A DNA stretch of 64,000 bases from Amoebophrya sp. A120 (lineage: Eukaryota; Protista; Dinoflagellata). The stretch lies in the NCBI GenBank assembly GCA_905178155.1, contig CAJINV010000001.1, forward strand, positions 5,536,757 through 5,600,756. Reading direction: 5' to 3'. Below the pieces are notes generated by a model that was given only the letters and a program-made list of their open reading frames with translations, did no database searches and was not told where the DNA came from. This document shows positions 50,601 to 59,600 of this stretch, piece by piece (the stretch's first letter is position 1; the number at the start of each line of letters is the position of its first letter). The translations under genes were made by a program, and so were the position numbers.

Positions 50601-53600
50601 GCATGACAGCTCTGGGGTGGGGACAATTTCGCTTAGGATAGCAGCTCTTCCGGTGTCATCCGCTCAATTGGGGGCCGGCTTTCTACTCCGACCAGGTACG
50701 CCCGAAGGTTTCTCCCGTTCACGCGCGAGGCAGAGACGTCACTCAACTCCCGGGGGCGGCTCGCTTCCAAACTGTTCGAACCCACGCGACGGAGGGTTTT
50801 GGTGATTTCGGCGAAACAAAGCGACACAAGGAACCCAATCGCCGGCGTCAAACACAGGGGCTCAACCGGGGACATCCACACCCGGACCCGGCTGCGCTCG
50901 CTTCTGGCATCGGGGGCGCCCGCTCCTCGCTGCGGGGAAAGCTTCAAAACCACAAGCAGGACCCTGCGCGCGTCCTCGATCTCCGCGCCGCCGAGCTCCA
51001 CACCGTGGCCGGCACGCAGCAGCTGGAGCCCTGTCGCCGTGCCCGTTAGCCCGGTCAGCCTGTCGGGGAGAAGGCGGGACGTCAGGAGGGACAGGTAGGC
51101 CAGGTAGTAGGTGGCGGCCTGGCTCCTTGCCCGCGGTCGCAGCGCTCCCAGCTCGTCGACGACATCGATCACGAAGTAGCCCCGAACATCATCCAACATC
51201 AACGTCGTTCGCCCGCTCGCGTTATCAAATGCAAATTATATGTCTGGGCATCGAAACTTGTAATGCTGAATGGTCAAGATTGAGCACGCCTTGAACTTGA
51301 AGTGCAGTGCAAAATGACAAATTTTTCAAACGCTTTCTGATGCGCAGCACGCATTACAGGCTGCGACTTTGCATGACGAGAGTGTCGTGGTGCTACTTTT
51401 GGTTCTTTTGCTCCTTTTTTATGCAATACAGATTTTCTAGAAATGCGATCATGCAATACAGATGCAACCTTTCCAGACCCAGACATATTTGCAGTGCATA
51501 CATGTCCCGCTTCGCCTCGGCATCCGGCAGCAGCAGTACACGGTTGCTGCTGGCCCCTGCTTCATCCCCGGGCGCTGCAAGAACGAGGCCGCTCCGCAGC
51601 CCCTGCAAAGTGCCTAGCCTCTGGTCTTCGGAGACGCACCGGCCGTCGAGCTCGGGCACGCTTACGGCGTTCCGCTTTCTTGGTCCAGCGCCTCCTGCTC
51701 CGCTTCGCGCGATGTCCCCCACATGGAACGATATCCCGGGATACTGTGGAAGCTCCACGATCAGCAGTGGCGTCTCGTCTGCGACACCTCCTTCGCGCTC
51801 GTCCGGTGCAGGCGCATAAACGTGTAGCAGCTGGCGCGCCGCCAATCTTGAAAAAACCCGCTCGTGCAACGTTCTCACGGCTTCCGCTTTCGTTGATAAC
51901 AGCCGCCGGTTGGTTCGCAGTTCGAAAAGGGTGCCGGATTCTGGTCGGAATTCGAAAGCTGCCTCACCTCGTGCGAAGCCGTCGGCCTTGAAAGTCCTCG
52001 GGCGAAAGCTGATTACCAAATCCTCCGGGTCCGCGCCGCTGCTTTTGGACAGCCATAGAGAGTGCCCCGCGCTGATGTCGGAAGGCTATCAAATTCCAGA
52101 ATGTGTCTGTGTCTGAATGCAGCTTTCATAAGCATCTATTTCACGATCACGGGCTTTGTAAATTGCCATGCAGGGTCCAAACATATGAGCATACATTTCA
52201 ACTGCTTTTATACAGCCGTGAAATGTACAAATATGTATGAGTCCTGCTTTAGAGTAAAGTGTTCCAGCCCGGGGGTTCGAGCGGGGTGTCCCGACCCTCG
52301 GGATTCGGGATTTGCAGCACGGCCCGTCCCGTGTTGCAAAAAGAACCCGAAATCCGTATTTTTTGCAGCATGGCCTGCTCTGTACTGCAAGTCGGGGCTC
52401 GAGTGGAGTGTACCGTCCCCCGGTTTTCGTGATTTGCAGCACGGGCCAAATAAAAAAAGCCGATACTTTGCGGTTTTTTTGCAGCACAGCGAGGGCCATG
52501 CTGCAGATCGGGGTCTGAGCGGAGTTTCTCGTCCCCTGATACTCGTGATATGCAGCAAGGCCCGGCCCGTGCTGCAAAAAGAAACCGATCTTTCACAATT
52601 TTTGCAGCACGGCTGGGGCTGCGCTACAAATCGGGGCTCGAGCAGAGTGTCCCGTCCCCCGGGAATCGTGATTTGCAGCAGGGCCCGAGCCGTTCTACAA
52701 GAAGAAGCAGATATGCCGGAATTTTTGCAGCACGGACCGGGCCGTGATGCAAATCGGTGTTCGGCCGGAGTGCCCCGTCCCCCGGGACACGTGATTTGCA
52801 GGTACTGCAAAAAGAAGCTGATATCGCAAAAACAAACCGATCATACTTCTGATTATTTGCAGAACAGCCCGGGCCGTGCTGCAAATCGGGGCTCGAGCGA
52901 AGTGCCCCGTCTCCCCGGGACTCTGATTTGCAGCACGGCCCTGCCCGTGCTGAAAAAAGAAGCCGACATTCCGGATTTCTTGAGGAACGGCGGGCCGAGC
53001 TACAAATCGTGGCGTGAGCGGAGTGTCCAGTCCTCCGGGCCTCCTGATTTGCAGCAAAAAGATCCCGACATTGCAAAAAGAAGCGCACATTTCAGAACTT
53101 TTGCAGCACGGCCGGGGGCGTGCTGCAAATCGGTGTTCGAGCGGAATGCCCCGTCCTCGGGGACTCGTTATTTGCAGCACGGCCCGGCCCGTGCTGCAAG
53201 AACAAGCAGATACTGCAAATCGGAGCTCCGGCGAAATGTCTCGTCCCCTCGGGCCTCGTCATTTGCAGCACGGCCCGGAACCTGCAGTAAAAAGAAGCCG
53301 ATATTCAGGATTTTTCGCAGCACGGCAGGCCGTACTGCAAATCGGTGCTAGAGTGGAGTGTCCCGTCCCCCGGGACACGTGATCTGCAGAACGGCACGAG
53401 GACGCGTGCTTCAAAAATACGAAGGCAATATTTCAGATTTTGCGCAGCGCGGCAGACTGCAATCGCTGCGCGCGCCTACCAGACGCCAGCCTATGCGCCC
53501 GCACGACCGGCACCATAGCCGCGCGCTACATCTTGACACCCCCAGACACAGACACGCCCGCACTTGATACCGGTAGCCCGGTTTCTCCATTCCCCTCGTC

Positions 53601-56600
53601 CTCTGGCTGCTCGGCTTGGTCCGGGTCGGCGATTTCAGCAGCTGCAGCTTTGTCGACCTCCGCCCCATCGCCGAACACCCCCGCCCCGTCGACCAGCACT
53701 GCCCTTCGTCCGCTGCGGTCCTCGATTATCACCGGTGCTGCATCTGGTTCTGCTTGGCGAATCTCGAAGAACGTGCCCAGATCGTCCACCGGGTGGCTGC
53801 GAAAGCTCTGGCCGTCCCCACATGCTTCGAAGGAGAGGGCTGCCCCGCTGAAGAAGTCGCGAAAGCGCTGGTGGTCAGAGATGCTGCGTGGCAGGCTCTT
53901 CACCGGTGAGCCGTTGACCCGGAAGACGCCGGCGACGACGTCAACATCCAGCACATACCCACCCGGTGCTATCAAGTGCAAAAGTGTCTGGGTCTGGAAG
54001 AATGCATGTTTGTCATGCTGGTCTGGCATGACTCTTCAATCTGCCATGCACGTTACGCAAGAGCAACGCTTTTATGTCATGCAGAAACGCGCTTTGTCAT
54101 GCAGAGTGGGCAACACCTAGAAGCTCAGAAACTTGTCATGCCGGGCCAGCACTTGTGGCCCCACCATGATACGCCACCCATCGCCACAAGGTTCCAGACC
54201 CCGACACGCTTGCAACCCATAGACGCCGCCCGGTACCAATTTGCTCCGCCGTCGTGGTACTTGCGCCAGGCCTGCCGCCGCGTCGGCTTTCCCAGTCCGA
54301 CACGCTTCCAGCTGGTTCCCGCGGACGACACCACCGCCGCCACGCCCTGCTTCCAGTAGCCCCGCACGAACTTCGTAACGCCCTCGGACTTTGCGGCCGC
54401 GGCCGCCCGGTGCAGCGCCGGCGCAAGGCGGTCCGCCAGTCGCTCGGCGAAAAAGTAGGCGCCGCGCCGCAATGGACTCCCGCCGTCCGACTCCAGCAAG
54501 CCACTACCACCGTAATCGACCACGATCGCCCTGAACGTCAACCACTCGCGAAGATTCTCGGCCACGCCGTTTATCATTTTTGAAACGGCCCCCCACAGTG
54601 TAAACAGAACAACTCTCGAAGTGCCAGTGCAAGATAGGCCTCTCAGAGGCCTGTCTGGCACTGGCACTGATATTTCGAACTCAGAGGCTCTGAGTTCGAA
54701 ATAAACTTCGAACTCGAAGCGCTACACTTAAAGTTACGCTCTAGCAGCAGGCGACGCAATTCAAACCCAATTCCGCTCGCTACAACACAACCTTTCTTGC
54801 GTTGCAGCTACCAATGATGAAAAAATAGCAATTACGACACGCCTCTTGGCGCTTCCGATACACAAATATACAAAGATCAAGATGAGAGTCCCAAACTAAA
54901 CCCATTAAACCCCGAAAACCCTTGCAGCGACGGACCGCGACGGTACTGAAGAGACGAAGTCACGACGCCCGCTGGTGAAGGCAAGTCGGATCAGGTGCGA
55001 CGTGCCGGTAGCTCATAGTGCCCCTCCTAGCTATCCTAGACCTAAATCTATACCAAGGAATGGAGACCCTTCCTCCCGAAGCTGCTTGGTGCCACTAGGC
55101 CCCGGGGCGTTTCCGATGAAATCGAAATAGCAGCCCTAATCTTTCTAAGCCCTAGAACCCTAGCTGCGACGGCCGCGGAGCCGGGTCGTTCGTTGTAGGA
55201 AGAAGATCGTAGACCGCAATGGATGTCGCTACAGGAGAGAGATCGCTACGTACTCAATTTCATGCACTCAACATCATGAGTCTATATGTAACTACGCCGA
55301 AATGTAAGTACTCAACGATAGAGAAGAGAGGCGCCAAGAAAAATCGCCGGGAAAAGCAAACTGCTTGGCTATAAATATAATAGGGCCCAATGAAAGAAGA
55401 TAAGAAACAGAGTAAGAGAATGACGAAGCCGTTTGAGGAAAGCGCTAGATCATGCGAGTGCTCTGATCTATCCAGGAGCGCTTCCTGCCAGTTCCAATGC
55501 TTGCAGCGGTGCTTCCGATATAAAAAGAAAAACTGTAATCCGGAGCCCTAAAACAAACGCGTCAAATTCTAAACCCTTGCAGCGACGGTCAGGGACGGGT
55601 GCATGCTTGATGGAAGAAGGCACGTCGCCCGCAGTTGAAGGCAAGTCGGAGCCAACAGGTGGACGCGGCGGCGCGCGTGTCTTTGCCGGGCCTATGTAAT
55701 CTTACGCCTAGACCTATCCGTGGCGGAAAAAACACCCGGATGAGAGAAAAGCTGCCCGGGGCCAGCAAGTTGGGCCCCGAGAGAGCTTCCTTCTGCCTGG
55801 GGCCAGTTGGGCCCGGGGAGGTGGGTTCTTCTACTGCGACGCCTCCGGTCTGCGCCGTCAAATATAAACAAAGCGAACCACTACTGGGACAAGGGTGGGG
55901 GGCCGGGTTTCATGCTGATACTTTTCGAAACTGCCCCGGCATGCTGCTGCTGGTCCTCTGGGTGTCCGATAAGAAGCGCGGGGTCTTCTGCGAACGTCAA
56001 GGAGCCCGCGACCGCCACATCCAGCACACGCCTGCGATGCAGCTCGCTGCCCGCGTCACCCGCACCGCGCAAATCGTCGAGCCACTTGATTGCCGTCCTC
56101 CGCACCAGCATGAGTAGCTTTGTCGCGTCCGTCTTGCGCGAGGCCGGGCTGTGCTCGAACAAGTGGAGGCCGACGAAACCGGACACATAGAGCAGAGTCG
56201 TTTTGTCCCATGCGTTTTTCGAACTTCCCAAGCGCTTCCGTACCTCTCCAGCAAGGTCGTGCCGCCGGGTGCTTTCCGGGTTCACCAGGTCGCGCGACGT
56301 GGTGCGGGCCCACCGTAGATTCTGCTCGAAGTTCTTCTGGTCCTCCGCCGCGGCTCTTTTCCCGCTCCCGCCGGTAGCAAACTGCACGCCATCGAGAAGT
56401 CCCGCCGTCTTCTTCTCCGGAGCCGCCTCGGACTGCGGAAATTGCGTCTGCTGCAAGAGTAGCTGTGCATCGCGAAGGCTGACAGGGTCCCCAACCTGCC
56501 AGAGGACCAAGCAGACGAAATGCGCAACGGTCTCGCTGTTGAGATTGACATCGCCCCGGCCGATCATCCCGCACAACCGCGCCAGCTGGTGCTTCGAACC

Positions 56601-59600
56601 GGCGCGAAGCCTGCCGAGCTGCTCCAGCGCCCTCTCCTGCGTGCCACTACCGGAAGCAATTCGCGCGGCGCAGGCTTGGTTCTCATTGTGGTCGGCCCCT
56701 GCGAACTCCTGCAAGCTCTTGAAACTTTCCTCGCTGATCACGTACTGCAGCAGCGACGCAACTGGACCGAGGTCCCAGCTGGCGCGGGGCTTCCACTTTC
56801 GTCGGTCGGCGTGCGCGTGCCCCGCGGCCATCTTCCTCGCGAATGTTTCGCCCGCCGCGGCGCCCCGAATCTTCGGAGGCAGGTAGAGGAGATCGAGGTC
56901 CATGCGGTTCTCCCGGATGATCTGGCCGCTCTTCAGCTTCTTCCACTGCACCGCTTTGGCCTCTGCAGCCTTGCCGTTGAGCGTCCCGAGCCGGCAGAAC
57001 AGCGGGGCCCGGCCGGTCGTAGCGTCACACTTGTGGCCCGCATCTTCAAGAGCCTGGCGGAGGGGCTCGAAGTCGTCCCATGCCTGCGTCCTGCCGAAGT
57101 ATCGAATGCAAATATGTCTGGGTCTGGAAGATTCCGGGATTTGTGATGCATATTTTGTATGGTCCATGATGCATGTAATGCATGACCTTTTTTACCCCTC
57201 AACCACAGTCACCCCCTTTACGAACAAAGCCTCAGGCTTGATCTCGGAGGGATTGGGTCAAGCTCTAACGCGGGATCGGGCCCGAGGTGAGGACACGTTA
57301 GAGTGGCTGCATGTCCTGGTCCATTCCGTGGCTTCCAAGCAGCAATTCCACCGTAAGACAACCAGGCAAAACGACGAACAAGACGATAGGACAAGGACTG
57401 ACTAGGTCTGAAGGACTGGGGTCTCCAGCAGTCCTGGCAAAAAAAAGTAGTCGCTATGCCTGCCCGTCTTGGAAAACCCTCGAGCCAAATTGCTGTGGTT
57501 TCCAACATCACCGGCACATCGCCAGCTTTCGTCCTTCTTCGCGGCGTGATCCTCGTCACCTGGTAGTCCGGCTCGTAGTAAAATGTCAGCCTGCTGTCGT
57601 ACAGGTTTTGCTTTCTGTACCCCAAGAAAATCGGGAACGCCGCGTCAATCTGCGGGACTTTGCCCTGCAACTTCGACCGCAGCGGCATTAAAGGAGCGAC
57701 GCACTCCACCTGCTTCGGCCCGCGGGCGACCGCGGCTACGGTCAACGCGTTTCCACCGGAGGATAGTGTCTCCGAACAACAATATGGGACTGTGCTCGCG
57801 GCGTCGTTCGCGCACCACTCCAAGCACGGAGGACTCGATCCGGGCTTCGTCGACGCGAGTTCCGGTGTGCCGAACCGACACCACTTGACATACGCCGAAT
57901 CGACCCCATTGATCAACAGGGGCGTCCCGGCTTGCCCGAACTTCAGGAACAAAGTTCTCTCCAGCAATTGCGCGACGCCCCCGGTGTACGTCAGCATCGG
58001 CGCCCCGCCGGTTGCCGCAATCGCGAAGATGTCGTGCTCGTTTTGAAGCAATTTCGTGTCGTTCGTGCGCTGCTGGTAGGTCTCGTGGATGTTTTCCTGT
58101 AGAACATCGATCGCTCGAAGATGTTTTGATAATTCCGAGATAACAGCGCCACCTTGACGAAAAACTTCTTCTAGGGTGGCAACGGCGCGGCTAGGCAGTT
58201 CGCGAGCACTAACTCCTGCGTCATGTTGGTCGTGACCCGCGCGTCGGTGCCGAAGAGGTTGTCGGAGCGTCTCGGAACGATGATAACTCTGTCGGTTTCT
58301 AGATCGACAATCAAACAGACCAGATTCTGTGAATTTTTACTCAGCACATCCGGACACATCCTGCAAGTTTTTTGACAGCACCCGTCGAAGACTAGAGAAA
58401 AGCATCCCCCCTTCGCCGCGTAATCTGCGCAGCAGCTCAGTGGCGCAAACAAGCCACCGGGTGGCGGTCGGAGATATTCACCTGATTCATTATCTTCGCA
58501 TTTCTCCAAGTCCATCGCAACCGCTATCGTTTCCACCGACTGGTGATACACCAAAGTCGCCAAAGCCTCGCTTGTGTTGTTGTTCAAAGGTAGGAACGGG
58601 TCGGTGGTCGTTGTGCTTGTCGTCGTCACGTTGTAACTTATGCCGGCCGCCTGATTCGCTTCTAACTGCAACTGCGCTTCCTTGTGTTTTCTCACCTTTT
58701 CCAGCGCCAAGTCTAGTGTCTGGAAAGCCTTCGGCGCCTCGTGGACTTTAATTTTCCTACCGTTAGACCACTCTAGCAACAGGTTCTCCTGGATCGAGAT
58801 CGTCACGCCCACGGTGATGTTTCCGACTAGAACCGTTTTACACCGGATCAAGTCGTGGATGATGATGTTCGCCAGCACTTTTGTTTCAGACACTTCATTA
58901 CTCATCCGCAACACTCGCGCCCGCTCCGCCGTCGTGTTCAGATTGTCCAACTAGAAGCGGCACCGACACCGCATGTGCGTCTTCACGCCCGCGCGGAGGA
59001 AGTTCTTCCCCGCGACCAGGATGTAGTCGTGCTGCGCGACAACTAACGGCTCGATCGTGTTGATCTCAAGTGGCGGCTCGACGTTGAATTTCAAGCCGGT
59101 CGAGAGCATCATCGGTTCTTCAAAGCCCTCTGTGAAAGTGGAAACGTTGTATGGCCGCGGGTCTAGCTGCGCTTCGGACGGGTAGACGCGTAGGAATCTG
59201 CTCAAGTACTGCACCTGGACCTCCTGCGACCAGGACTGGGTGGGGTTAAGCGCCGCGCTGGTCACGCAAGTAGTCATCGTCTGGCTCACGGGAATTGCCT
59301 CCACTGGTCGGCCAAGCCAGAAGATGCATTTCACTGTCGCGTCTTGCTCGTCGTCGGGGAGAAGGTTCTGATGCTTGATGGACACCTCTGCACCGCCATA
59401 AGTCGAACCGAGAAACGGGGTGAGCGAGTAGAGCATCGGCCTCTCCCGGACTTTCACCGACAATAAATGTTCCGCCACGTGGAAGAAGGCGAAGCGGAGG
59501 GTATCTGATGGTAGAATCAGCTGCAGCTGCACTTTCGCGGTTCCGCCCTGCGACTGCAAAGCGAACTCCGCTGCTTCATCCGTCAACGTGCATTCCGCGT

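Noticed and set aside
52270-53470. CRISPR-like array of palindromic repeats, and the 429-aa plus-strand ORF over it
   Set aside because: Spacers are diverged copies of each other rather than unique, there are no cas genes, and the array lies within a eukaryotic intron; the ORF follows the repeat.
57188-57193. Poly(A) tail marking the cargo as a retrocopy
   Set aside because: Only six T residues, adjacent to a T-run present in the parental introner, and no TSD around the cargo; not decisive.
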